DNA of 64,000 bases, from contig NIVC01000426.1 in the NCBI GenBank assembly GCA_002269645.1, forward strand, positions 372,001 through 436,000. The letters are read 5' to 3'. Made by a program: the position numbers and the translations under genes. Positions 45,501-58,419 of this stretch are shown piece by piece. The DNA is from Macrostomum lignano. Taxonomy: Eukaryota. Positions within the stretch are counted from its first letter, which is position 1, and the number at the start of each line of letters is the position of its first letter. The notes below the pieces were generated by a model. The model made no database searches, had not been told where the DNA came from, and was given only the letters and a program-made list of their open reading frames with translations.

Positions 45501-48500
45501 CAACTTCAGACGAATCGGTTGTCATCATTTCTTCAGCCTGCGGCGGCGGAGTTTTCGGCGCAGTCGACGCGGCATCGGGAGCGGCCGCGGCCGTGTCAAC
45601 GTCGGCATCAGCGTCGGCTTCCGAGGCCGACGGAGCGGCGGCGGCAGGAGCAGCTGCGGCATCGTCACCAGCAGGCCGCCTGGCCAGAGGAGACGCAGCC
45701 AAGGCGGTGTGCACCCGCTGCATAAACTGCTGGCTGGCATTCTCGTACAAATCGAAGGCGATCTGGAACGCGGTGAGGGCTTCGTCTTCGGAGCGCGAGA
45801 CCAGACGTTCGAGTATTTCAGCGGTGTGCGGCGGATCGTCTAGCAAGATTAAGCACTGCGACATGCTGACAAAGTCGGGCTGCTGCAGTTGGCGGTATAG
45901 TCGAACCAGAGTCTGCAACAACTGCTGCCGGAATTTCCTGTTTTGCACCACTTGAACGGTCAGTCTATAGGAATAGTTGAGCAATTCGTCCTTGTTAGAA
46001 GTGAGTTGGACGCATCGTTCCAAAATGTCCAGACGGCGCATATCGATGGCAATGCCAACGGCGTGCTTAAATTGGCGGTGCTCAAAGCAGCGCTCAAACA
46101 TTCGATTGATGACGCCCTCCAGTTTAGCTCGGATCTGTTCGTCGCGCTCATCCAGCTCTGTAACTTCTTCGTCGATTTGTGCCACTCGATTTTTAATATA
46201 CCGATCGATGCACTTGCACACGATTGTCTCTACGTACTCGGCCGAGTCGTCAATGTCGAATAGTTCGTCAGCGTGCAGAGCAAAGAACAGGCTCTCGTCG
46301 TAGGCGCCCAGGTGATAATATACCTTGGAGGCTACAAGGGCGGCCAGTTTACTCTGGGGAAAGTTGCGATCCTCGTGTAGCATTTCAATCTTGCTAACAG
46401 AGTCGGATATCTCTGGCCAGAATACATCGACCAAGGTGTTCAGCTTTGACAGGGCGAATGACTGCGGAATGAAAAACAAAATAATTTGGGGAGGGAATCG
46501 GTCAGCTTTCCTATTTAGATGAATATATCCAATACATTCTATATGTACACAATATATATATGAGCATATATATGAAATTATACTATATCAGGGATCGGCA
46601 AGCTTTTTTAATTCAAGGGCCAGATGGAGAACCTAGAGAATGACTGCAGGCCGGAGGAAAGGAGAGAGGAAACAAAGAGTAGAGAAGGGAGATAGGAGAA
46701 AGGAGAGGCGAAAAAAAGACAGGAGTGGAGAGAAGAGGAGAGAAAAGGAGAGAAAAGAGGAGTAAGGAGGAAGAGATAAAAGGAGAGAGAAGACACGAGA
46801 GGAGAAGATTGATGAGAAGAGAGAAGAGGAGATAGAGAGGAGCAGAGAGGAGGAGAAAGGAGAAAGGGGAGGAGAAGAAAAGAAAGAGAAAAGAGAGAAG
46901 AGAGAAGAGGAGAGGAGAGAGGAAGAAATTAGAGAGGAGATTAGAGCAAAGATCACTGAGAAGAGTTATAAACATTGAGTAGGCTGGATTGCTATTATAA
47001 AGTTTCAAAGGACCTAAGGGCCAGATAGAAAGGCCTTATAGTTATAGGCTATATGCATGCAGCTTGCAGGCCAGAGTTTGTTAACCCATATACTATATAC
47101 AATATATAATGTATAATAAGTCTAAAAGCTTGAAACTAAAAAGAGCTTAGCCTTAATTTGGATTCAACATAATTTTTTTATTATTAGGCAACATTGTCTT
47201 GTTTCTTGTTTACTATTTGCAAAAGCACCTATTGCTCAAAATCTAGGATATACTATATAGACCAAACATTATTAGTAAAACGTTTTGTTCTAAAAGGTAT
47301 ATGGATAAATGCTATTTCAAGAAAAATAATATAACAAAGCAACAATTTCAGAAAATTTTTATCATTATATATTAAATCAATTTATAATGCATCTAGAATA
47401 CTGCTTATAGGTAAAAAAACATTATACTATTGCTAAAGATGTATAGAAAAATGGTATTTCTAGAAAAAATATTAAAGCAATATGAATTTGAATAAATATA
47501 TATATATATATACATTCATTCTTTTTCATATACATCTATAATCCTAAAAATAACTTTTGATGAATTTTTGCTATTAACAAATGATTTGGCAAAATTTCAT
47601 ATAAGGAAAATAGTACAATGTATATTAGAATTATTCATAAGTTTTTAGACAATTATGCACTTTTTGTATCTATTTATACATTGCTTCTTATAAGTTTAAA
47701 TAATAACCTTAGAAAACTATAAAATAATATATATATACATAAACTAACAGCATGTTTTATAATTAATTTGCCAAAAAGTTGTGCACTTTAAGGGCCTAAG
47801 GGCCTTAGTATACCAAGTATACCAAATGCATTAAGGGCCATTTATATATGCAAATTTTTTTATGGCAAAGGCTATCTTCCTAAATATACATGGCAGAATC
47901 TAAAAATGTGGGATAAAATGGTAAAACAAATCTGAGGACATTTGATGGAAGGTAATATATCTAAAAAAGCTTTTTGAAAGATAGATAAAGTCTTTAAAAA
48001 TAGTTCTATATAAAAAATATTGTTTTTTATGCTTTACATTGTTAGAAAAGGCTATTTTTTACTACTTAAAAAACAGAAAGTATTCTGTGTTTTACTTTTT
48101 ATTTTATTCAAAAAGATGAAAGATTTCTAAGGATTTTTAAGTTTTTCTAAAACCATATAAACTTGCAAAAATTCATACTAATCTAAAGTGCAAAGTTTGC
48201 CAGCAAACATCTTTCTCTAAAAGTAAACATACTGCTAATTCCTTGTTACAAAAAAATCTTTAAGTTGTTTTCTTTCATTTAAATTTTATCAACTAATATT
48301 AGTGTATATAATATTCCTATATTAAGACTTATTTGGTAAGAAATGGTACCACAAAATATGAACCTGGCATCCAAATCAAATGCTTCCTATAGGCTTATAA
48401 GGTGACAAAGAACAATGAAATTATACTTAAATATGTATCATTGCAGCGTATATACAGGAAAAAAAGAATTTTCCAAATTGCTTCAGTAGAAGCTGAGTAA

Positions 48501-51500
48501 AATGCAATTTTCTGATCCTTATGGGAATTTGTATGCTTAAATAATAAACTTATGTTGAATATAGTATTTATTGCAAATGAACTCTACAAAATACACATTG
48601 TCAATAGTAACAAAAGTGATAAACAAATAAACCCTCAATAAGAATGCTAAATATGTTGTAGCATTATAGAATGGAATGTTATAAAACACTTAAAGTTAAT
48701 AAATATATTATTAATAGAGCTTTTTTATCATTTTTATGAGTCTTTTGAGGTCTAAATAATTTGCTATTTAACAAATCATTTTATAAAAAAGGCTATATGT
48801 GAATAATTTGTGCTTTTATAGATGTTTCTAACTTTTTTAAACTCTAGGGTAAAGCATCATCAACTGAACAAGGGATCTTCAAAACCGAACATGCAAGTCA
48901 CTTTCGTTTTTACTGTCTCATAGGGAATATATTTTAAAAGTCTATAAAAGTGACATATCATTTGAAAGAAGACATTCTAATCTACAAAATGAGATAAAGT
49001 TTTGACAGTCTACTCGATAGATACTCAAGAAAATTAGCATTTTTGATTGAAATTTTTGAAAAAATATGCGTTTTGAAGTTTTTTCTTGATTTGGGATGTC
49101 TGTAGAAGAATTGCTCTACAGACCACAATTTTTAACTTACATTCAAAACGAAACACTTTTTGAATTCAGTGTTAATTTTTCTACTAAGTGATATAACACA
49201 CATATCAATCTGATATATAGTTCAGCAAAAAATGCCATTGTTCGGTTGATGATACCAAATTGACTGTTCAGTTCGGTTTTCAGATCTCGGGATCATCAAC
49301 CGAACAGAAAAATCTTCAAAACCGAACAAACAAAAATGTCCAAAAAAACTTTCTTTTTTGCTTGCTTCTTCTACCTTATAATGAATAAGATCTTTTTTTA
49401 AAACAACAACTCATTTAAGCCATGTAATTGTAAAATTTTTTTGCTTAAAAAATGTACCAATTTCAATGCAAAATACATAAGGATTTTTCCACTTTGACAA
49501 AATCTTCCTATTAAATGCTTCTATTTCTACTAACAGTAGCTAAAAGCGACATATAATTTCGAATACATTTTCTTTTCAGAATTCCGCAATATTAGAAAAG
49601 AAAATTATCGAATCAACGAGACAGGCCAAGCTAGCTACGTAGGCTACGTAATGCAAAAGCCGAAGGCACAATATAACATTTAATAACTTTATACTACAAT
49701 AAAAGTGGATTCAGTAAAACCCTTATTAGAAAAGAAACAGATATATGCTAGGCGATAGGTCTAGGCGCTATCAGAACGGAAAAATTTCAAAGATCTGACA
49801 AATTATCTGATGGTGGGAAGGAGAACTATACAGGCGGTGGAGAGTCGCCTACTCACAGATAAATTGATAGTCAAATGCAGAGAGGCGCCCTTGATGCATG
49901 TAGATTGATGGACAGCAGTTAGAGAGGCGCCCTTGATGCATGTAGATTGATGGACAGAAGCAGTTAGAGAGGCGCCCTTGATACATGTAGATTGATGGAC
50001 AGACCAGTTAGAATGGCGCCCTTGATACATGTAGATTGATGGACAGAAGCAGTTAGAGAGGCGCCCTTGATACATGTAGATTGATGGACAGACCAGTTAG
50101 AGAGGCGCCCTTGATACATGTAGATTGATGGACAGAAGCAGTTAGAGAGGCGCCCTTGATGCATGTAGATTGATGGATAGAAGCAGTTAGAGAGGCGCCC
50201 TTGATACATGTAGATTGTTAGACAGAAGCAGTTAGAGAGGCGCTCTTGATACATGTAGATTGATGGACAGAAGCAGTTAGAGAGGCGCCCTTGATACATG
50301 TAGATTGATGGACAGACCAGTTAGAATGGCGCCCTTGATACATGTAGATTGATGGACAGAAGCAGTTAGAGAGGCGCCCTTGATACATGTAGATTGATAG
50401 ACAGACCAGTTAGAGAGGCGCCCTTGATACATGTAGATTGATGGACAGAAGCAGTTAGAGAGGCGCCCTTGATGCATGTAGATTGATGGATAGAAGCAGT
50501 TAGAGAGGCGCCCTTGATACATGTAGATTGTTAGACAGAAGCAGTTAGAGAGGCGCTCTTGATACATGTAGATTGATGGACAGAAGCAGTTAGAGAGGCG
50601 CCCTTGATACATGTAGATTGATGGACAGAAGCAGTTAGAGAGGCACCCTTGATGCATGTAGATTGATGGATAGAAGCAGTTAGAGAGGCGCCCTTGATAC
50701 ATGTAGATTGTTAGACAGAAGCAGTTAGAGAGGCGCCCTTGATGCATGTAGATTGATGGACAGAAGCAGTTAGAGAGGCGCCCTTGATACATGTAGATTG
50801 ATGGACAGAAGCAGTTAGAGAGGCACCCTTGATGCATGTAGATTGATGGATAGAAGCAGTTAGAGAGGCGCCCTTGATACATGTAGATTGTTAGACAGAA
50901 GCAGTTAGAGAGGCGCCCTTGATGCATGTAGATTGATGGACAGAAGCAGTTAGAGAGGCGCCCTTGATACATGTAGATTGATGGATAGAAGCAGTTAGAG
51001 AGGCGCCCTTGATACATGTAGATTGATGGATAGAAGCAGTTAGAGAGGCGCCCTTGATGCATGTAGATTGATGGATAGAAGCAGTTAGAGAGGCGCTCTT
51101 GATACATGTAGATTGATGGATAGAAGCAGTTAGAGAGGCGCCCTTGATACATGTAGATTGATGGACAGAAGCAGTTAGAGAGGCGCTCTTGATGCATGTA
51201 GATTGATGGACAGAAGCAGTTAGAGAGGCGCCCTTGATGCATGTAGATTGATGGACAGACCAGTTAGAGTGGCGCCCTTGATACATGTAGATTGATGGAC
51301 AGACCAGTTAGAGTGGCGCCCTTGATACATGTAGATTGATGGACAGACCAGTTAGAGTGGCGCCCTTGATACATGTAGATTGATGGACAGACCAGTTAGA
51401 GTGGCGCCCTTGATACATGTAGATTGATGGACAGACCAGTTAGAGAGGCGCCCTTGATACATGTAAATTGATGGACGGAAGCAGTTAGAGAGGCGCCCTT

Positions 51501-54500
51501 GATACATGTAGATTGATGGATAGAAGCAGTTAGAGAGGCGCCCTTGATACATGTAGATTGATGGACAGAAGCAGTTAGAGAGGCGCTCTTGATGCATGTA
51601 GATTGATGGATAGAAGCAGTTAGAGAGGCGCCCTTGATACATGTAGATTGATGCACAGAAGCAGACAGAGAGGCGCCCTTGATACATGTAGATTGATGCA
51701 CAGAAGCAGACAGAGAGGCGCCCTTGATACATGTAGATTGATGCACAGAAGCAGACAGAGAGGCGCCCTTGATACATGTAGATTGATGGACAGAAGCAGA
51801 GAGGCACCCTTGATACATGTAGATTGATGGACAGAAGCAGTTAGAGAGGCGCTCTTGATACATGTAGATTGATGGACAGAAGCAGTTAGAGAGGCGCCCT
51901 TGATGCATGTAGATTGATTGACAGAAGCAGTTAGAGGCGCCCTTGGTACATGTAGACTTGATGGACAGACCCTGTAAGCCTGCTGATTGAAAATTGAATA
52001 GAAAATAGGTTTAATATTATTGTAAAAGTTCAATGTACTTTACCTTAAAAGCTGGTTGAAACGTAAAAGAAATTAGGTAGACTACACTTTCTTGTTAGGC
52101 TAATGCGCTTTCGATTGATAGGCCGTACTCAAGAGCTTTACTATAGCTAGATATATTTCCAAAATGGCCTAAGTGATAACAATACTTTGATAAATACTCA
52201 GGCCTAGCCTTCTTAGAGCTAGCCTATGCCTAGTTTAAAAGCTGGCCTGTAGTGAGGAAATCTTAGGCCTACCATGTAAGTCAACCTACTTGAGCTTTGG
52301 GATTTCAAACCAGCCAATGGGAACCAGACTGCGAATTTTTACTCTTGGATGACTAACGCGAATTCTCACATTCACACGCCACAGCCAGACTCCATAGGGC
52401 CTATCCTTATTTTTGTGCAGAACTAGGACCATTGTGCGTACTCGTCGGCCTAGGCCTCATCAATAGAACCAGTGGCGGCGTGGGGGGGGGGGTAGAGAGG
52501 ACTGCTGCCCCCGGGTGATCACCCTCCTACGACGACCCTACCATCCTTCCGTGGGGTGACCCACCATTAGTTTTTTAGTATGAGCTTGTTGTATGCGTTT
52601 TTGTGAGATTTTAGCGTAATGCACTGCACTTTAATTTTTAAAATTCGCTGGGGGAGGGGCCGGGTGACCACCCAACCACCGCCCCCCCCTCTTAATCCAC
52701 AGAACCTTAATCAGAGGTGCTGCACCGCTACTAAATAGAACCAAACACTAATTTCAGTCACAGGGCCTCAAGCAAAACGTAGGCCTATAGTACTCGTATG
52801 GGCCTAAAACACCTTATTTAAAGAATAGTAATTGAAGATACATATCTACATAACTTAATAAACTCTAATTTGTACCTAAACTCCTAGTTTTCTCCTACAA
52901 CTTATCCTAGACTTATGGTTATCAATTACTAACTACCGTAATTAGCCCTAATTTGTGTTTTGGTCAATTAAAAAGAGTGAAATGATTTCTGTATTTTAAA
53001 GTTAAAATGCTGACCTAGGCCGAACTCAGCTCATTCTGAATGCATGATAGACTCAGGTGCTGGGACACACAGAGAGACAGTTAGAGAAGGAATCAGCCGG
53101 TTTGATGAAGATATTTATAGCGGCTCTCAAGTTCTCTCTGTGTTTGAGTGAAAATGCTGACCTAGGCCGAACTCAGCTCATTCTGAATGCATGATAGACT
53201 CAGGTGCTGGGACACACAGAGAGACAGTTAGAGAAGGAATCAGCCTGCTTGATGAAGAGACTAGCTATAGCTTCTATATACTCAAAGGTGCTTTTGGGTC
53301 CAATCTAATCACTTTGACCTTAGCTTATCTAAAATCTTATCTAAGAGGGCCCCACAAAAAGTAGGCAAACTTTTACACAAACAAAAAGTAGGAAATCTTT
53401 CAGTCTTTTTACGAATTGATGAGTGGCCAAATCTGCCTTGGGCAATTCCATCTTCACACCCGTGCCAAAACATAGACAACATGTGCGAATTGAGCCGAGT
53501 TTCGAGTTACTTAGGTGAGAAAATTGGGTGACAGACGGTTTGTGATAAGGGCTGTGTCTATTAATTCATTTTTACCCCTGGTACTGGGAACCGAATTCAA
53601 ATTCGCACATTTAAAGTCCGTAGGATTAGGCACAAATTCTTAGCACGATTTTTCGCACCCAACAGTCAAGTAGGTCCATTGTCTAGAATCCCAGACCCTG
53701 GGCTTTTTCTGAGGCAATAGACGGCATGATCCACCTACTCGTATCCTTATCTCTGACTATCGACTGTTTTGCAAAATTCGGTTTGTTTTCGCACTTCGTG
53801 GTGAGCCTGGAACCAATTCGTGCCCATTTTAGACATGATGGGCCTCGCCTAACGAAGCGCCAGAAGCATTATGTCATAAATTCACGCCCTTTTCACGAAG
53901 TAAATAAATGATATGGCCTATATAGCGACCGCAATACATGTTAATACATTAGCGACCGCAGAGGGAAGGGCTGATGCAGAGGAAGGGCGGATGCAGAGGA
54001 AGGGGCAGATGCAGAGGAAGGAGCAGATGCAGAGGAAGGGGCAGATGCAGAGGAAGGGGCAGATGCAGAGGAAGGAGCAGATGCAGAGGAAGGGGCAGAT
54101 GCAGAGGAAGGGGCAGATGCAGAGGAAGGGCGGATGCAGAGGAAGGGCGGATGCAGAGGAAGGGGCAGATGCAGAGGAAGGGCGGATGCAGAAGAAGGGG
54201 CAGATGCAGAGGAAGGGCGGATGCAGAGGAAGGGGCAGATGCAGAGGAAGGGCGGATGCAGAGGAAGGGGCGGATGGAAAAGGAGTGGATAGGGAGAAAG
54301 GGTCCGCTGGCATATTCTAGTCCCAGTGTCAGCAGATTTAAGCATAAAAAATCCTTTGGCTGATCCAGAATTTGGGATTCCAACTGTAAATCAAAAAGCG
54401 CTAGGTATAGATGTGGCCAGAGTGAGAGATGGATAATGCCCATCTGAAGTTTTTGCATCCAGATTTCAAAAACTGAACGACGAGGACAAAATTTGGCCTA

Positions 54501-57402
54501 CGCAGACATGACCAGTTCTCCTCGTGCTGTCATTGGTTAGCCGAATTCCTTGCGCAGTCATGAGGATTGGCTGTTTCTGTTTGCTTTCCTGCGGCACCAA
54601 TCAACTTTCCAACGTCCATTCATGCGTTTAAAATGTGAATCATGTTGAAAAAAATTGGCCCTAGCTACATTAGAAATTTGATTTTCAAGGCTCATCAATA
54701 TCAACTTACATCTGCAACATCGTTTCGAGAGCGGACATCCGGAAAACTACTGCCTTCGCGAAACGCTTCAATATTTTGCTTCTAATTATTGACTTTGTAT
54801 TCATAGTCTACGTTAGCCGCCTCTATCTCTCCATCAGCCGCCTGTCTCCTCTCTATCAGCCGCCTGTCTCCTCTCTATTAGCCGCCTGTCTCCTCTCTAT
54901 CAGCGGCTTGTCTATCTCCTCTCTATCAGCGGCCTGTCTATCTCCTCTCTATCAGCGGCCTGTCTATCTCCTCTCTATCAGCGGCCTGTCTTTCTCCTCT
55001 CTATCAGTGGCCTGTCTATCTCCTCTCTATCAGCGGCCTGTCTATCTCCTCTCTATCAGCGGCCTGTCTATCTCCTCTCTATCAGCGGCCTGTCTTTCTC
55101 CTCTCTATCAGCGGCCTGTCTATCTCCTCTCTATCAGCGGCCTGTCTTTCTCCTCTCTATCAGCGGCCTGTCTATCTCCTCTCTATCAGCGGCCTGTCTT
55201 TCTCCTCTCTATCAGCGGCCTGTCTATCTCCTCTCTATCAGCGGCCTGTCTATCTCCTCTCTATCAGCAGCCTGTCTATCTCCTCTATCAGCGGCCTGTC
55301 TTTCTCCTCTCTATCAGCGGCCTGTCTATCTCCTCTCTATCAGCGGCCTGTCTTTCTCCTCTCTATCAGCGGCCTGTCTATCTCCTCTCTATCAGCGGCC
55401 TGTCTATCTCCTCTCTATCAGCGGCCTGTCTATCTCCTCTCTATCAGCGGCCTGTCTATCTCCTCTCTATCAGCGGCCTGTCTTTCTCCTCTCTATCAGC
55501 GGCCTGTCTATCTCCTCTCTATCGGCGGCCTGTCTATCTCCTCTCTATCAGCGGCCTGTCTATCTCCTCTCTATTAGCGGCCTGTCTTTCTCCTCTCTAT
55601 CAGCGGCCTGTCTATCTCCTCTCTATCGGCAGCCTGCCTGTCTCCTCTCTATCAGCGGCCTGTCTTTCTCCTCTCTATCAGCCGCCCGTCTCCTCTCTAT
55701 CGGCGGCCTGCCTGTCTCCTCTCTATCAGTGGCCTGTCTATCTTCTCTCTATCAGCCGTCTTTCTGTTTCCTTTCTATCAGCCGCCTGTCTGTCGACTTC
55801 ATGTTGGTTATTATCAGATAGCAATCTACATGTACATATACATGTATAATTTTTACTTTATATATACGAGCGTATATAAGTAGATTTTGAATATTTTTGC
55901 GAGCTTTTTCTTTCTTGTATTTGCAAAAAATCTACATGTATACAAGGCTGGGGTAAACAGATGAACCCAATGAGCCTATGGTTTTGGCGGCCCCCCTGTT
56001 GTTACATCAAGAGGGCCAAGTGATTGCAGTCTGAGAACGAGGTGATAGTTTATCGGAAAATTTTAAGATTTTACAGCATTTTTTCTCGACATCTTGCATG
56101 CGACTACTTGAAGTAAAAATATACGAGTATGATGAGAAGAAATAAAATAAAAAATTACGAGAATTTGTTTGCAAAAAAAATCGTTTTTTACGATTTTTTT
56201 ACTTTTCTTTCTTCTTCTTCTTTAACTTTTGAAAAAATATTACCTATATGGTAAAAAAAGTTAAAAGTATACTAGATGTACTTTTTTCTTTCAAAAACAA
56301 GGTAATAATGGCAAAATAAATGCCTATGTTTAAAGCTGAAACATTAGTAGGTCCTTCAGAAGAACTCCGAAATGGGCAAAGTATCAGCTCTGCTTTAAAG
56401 AACTTGTGGTTTTTTAAAATTCTTTATTGCTTTTCCGATTTGACAGTCTAAAATAAGTAGAAAACATAGCATTTTATCAATTTAGCATGAAAGAGTTAAA
56501 GGAAATGGCAAAAAAGTAAAAATTCACGATTTTTCTGTTCAATGGGGGGTACTATATTCAAATGCAGATAAACAATATTTTTCTACATCTATCTGGGCAA
56601 AAGTTATACTTTTTAGAAAGAGTATGAATTAATCTTTACAATGATATATATTTCAGAAAAAACAAACAAGAAATAAAAAAGTTATTAGTGTTCAAACACA
56701 AAAACCGAACGTCAGATACCCTGTTTGGTTTGAAGATACCCTAGAATCATCGTTCGGTTTTGAAATAAAATCATCAATAACTTTTTTTCTACTTGTGCAA
56801 TAAAGTAAAGCGACCATTCATTTAAAAGAAAAAAATGTTCTAAACAACTTCTGGGTAGTTTTATTTCATTACATATAAAAATTTTTTTGCTATGCAAGAA
56901 AGAAGGTCGAAAAATGATACTTTTATGTTCGGTTGATGATGCTTTACCCTAAATAAATTTATTTTATAGCTTTATTGTTTTCAATTGACAAAAACAAATT
57001 TTCATAAAACTTGCCCCCAATTTTTTGATTTTGCCACATACATAATTATAATCTATATAACTATACTAGAAAGAATTAGGCCCTATAAATATCAATATTG
57101 CACTTAATTTTCTTTTTTGATGATATATTATTTAGTTGAACATAAAAACTACACTAGGCTAGGTAGGGTCTATTTTGAGCATTAAATGACTTACCACTAA
57201 AATAATATCTTAATCTTTCAAATATATATAATATTCCTTAGACAGGTGACTTATGGCCACGTAATTATGTTATAAATATATACATTGACAGTAACAATAA
57301 AATAGAAAATATTTTCATTAATTGCATTCGTAACCTTACCTTAAGGTCTGAATCGTCCTCCTCCAATAAAGCCAACACCCCAGCTGCAGAAGTAAGTGTC
57401 AT
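39562..57402 (-). CDS. PSMD1: 26S proteasome non-ATPase regulatory subunit 1 (Rpn2), about 1060 aa; exons 57402..57340, 46461..45445, 45033..44137, 43208..42653, 40211..39562
   Basis: [40 protein letters not shown] matches the PSMD1 N-terminus. Also [20 protein letters not shown] repeats, [10 protein letters not shown] and the C-terminal [10 protein letters not shown]. All junctions are GT-AG and phase-consistent. Confidence 0.95.
40275..42580 (+). repeat. 29/31-bp tandem repeat (CCTGAACTCAACACACACCTGTAAACCAATC) filling PSMD1 intron 4, with a 927-bp higher-order duplication
   Basis: Direct observation; near-identical ORF-track peptides are offset by exactly 927 bp (40542/41469, 40573/41500, 40604/41531). 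Confidence 0.95.
43350..44030 (+). repeat. About 27-33-bp tandem repeat (TAGGGCGCCGAATTGGCCTGTTTGAATGGGATC) in PSMD1 intron 3
   Basis: Direct observation. Confidence 0.9.
45138..45240 (+). repeat. 15-bp tandem repeat (GCCAGCTAGATGTTT) in PSMD1 intron 2
   Basis: Direct observation. Confidence 0.9.
46650..46950 (+). repeat. Purine-rich (GA) low-complexity tract near the 3' end of PSMD1 intron 1
   Basis: Almost exclusively A/G on the + strand, which is a long polypyrimidine tract on the transcribed strand. Confidence 0.85.
49870..51970 (+). repeat. 45-bp (42-bp variant) satellite (GCAGTTAGAGAGGCGCCCTTGATACATGTAGATTGATGGACAGAA)
   Basis: Direct observation; 15-aa periodicity on the minus strand. 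Confidence 0.95.
52470..52733. mobile_element. hAT-type MITE with 8-bp TSD AATAGAAC
   Basis: Ends CAGTGGCGG...CCGCTACTA form an imperfect TIR. TSD at 52462..52469 and 52734..52741. Confidence 0.78.
53004..53245 (+). repeat. About 95-bp direct duplication (53004..53098 and 53151..53245)
   Basis: AAAATGCTGACCTAGGCCGAACTCAGC...GAAGGAATCAGCC occurs twice, offset by 147 bp. Confidence 0.9.
53960..54280 (+). repeat. 18-bp purine-rich tandem repeat (GCAGAGGAAGGGGCAGAT)
   Basis: Direct observation. Confidence 0.92.
54815..55790 (+). repeat. 26-bp tandem repeat (CTCCTCTCTATCAGCGGCCTGTCTAT)
   Basis: Direct observation; 26-aa periodicity (3 x 26 bp). Confidence 0.94.
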
Positions 57403-58419
57403 GATTTATATAACTGTTCTTTTATTACGCAATGTAATAAGAATGGCGATTAAGTGCTAAGCAACAATAGAATTGAATTTAGTATATGGATTAGTTGGTG
57501 TTCGACGATGTGTGTACAACGAACTCCTTCCTTCCTACGCGCTTAACTTACTAAGCAAAATTTAATATTTGAATTAATTTTATACTACTAAAACAAATAA
57601 TATACAATGATGATAAAGCGCACCGCTTATAGTTAATTTTACTATTAGAATTTACTTCCTAACCGAAAATTATATGTTTTAAAATACTAATAAAACATAT
57701 TTTTCTCAAACACAGTTCGAGTATCTTAAACCGCTACTGGATGTTTAATCTTTGATCTTTGATATACTATCGATCACATTAAGCTTTTATAGTGTTAGTT
57801 ATTAGTGCATACACGGTATGATTTTGTCATTTTATTAATTCACTGGACATTTTATTATCCATGAACGAATTTAAATGTGCTTTTGAACTTTTGCTAATGT
57901 ATTTTTTTAAGAGCTTGTGTCCTGAGGTAGACCACTTGATAATATATTTGGTGTATTACACGCGTAGAAATGTTGGATGCACGTCCGCTAATGTCTACTA
58001 ATCGCTTAAGTCTGCCGAATTCCATTACCTTGTCTTGTTAGGGAATGTCCTTGCCCTTCAATGGATTCTGCTATTTTCTGCTATAGTTCCGCAAATATGT
58101 ATACGAGCTATTTGCCACTCTAATTTTGACTCTCATTCATACTGTAATGCGTGGATTTGTTCAACTGCTCTGACAGCATGCGTTTGCATGATTTAGCGCA
58201 TTAATTAGTCATATTCAGATACACATCACTGTCTTTCTACAGGACAGCTAATTAGTGTCGACCTACCCCTGTGTAATGAGTGTAGCTCAATTGCAATAAA
58301 CATGAGCTTAAAGCCTATGATATATTTTATCATTCTGGGACTAGTAATATATTCTTTGAATTATACATGTAAATACGAGCTACTTTTAATTCTTGCTTTG
58401 CATAACAAAACAGATAACA

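Larger units (their letters stand above)
48847..56949. mobile_element. Putative 8.1-kb non-autonomous DNA transposon (about 24-bp TIRs, TA target duplication) nested in PSMD1 intron 1
   Basis: Left TA|GGGTAAAGCATCATCAACTGAACA and right TGTTCGGTTGATGATGCTTTACCC|TA. AACCGAAC/GTTCGGTT motif clusters lie inside both ends (48860-48890, 49240-49330, 56700-56765). No transposase seen. Confidence 0.6.

Noticed and set aside
48845-56951. hAT assignment for the TAGGG-ended large element
   Set aside because: The 8-bp flanks (TTAAACTC vs AATAAATT) do not match, so a TA duplication with GGG termini fits better.
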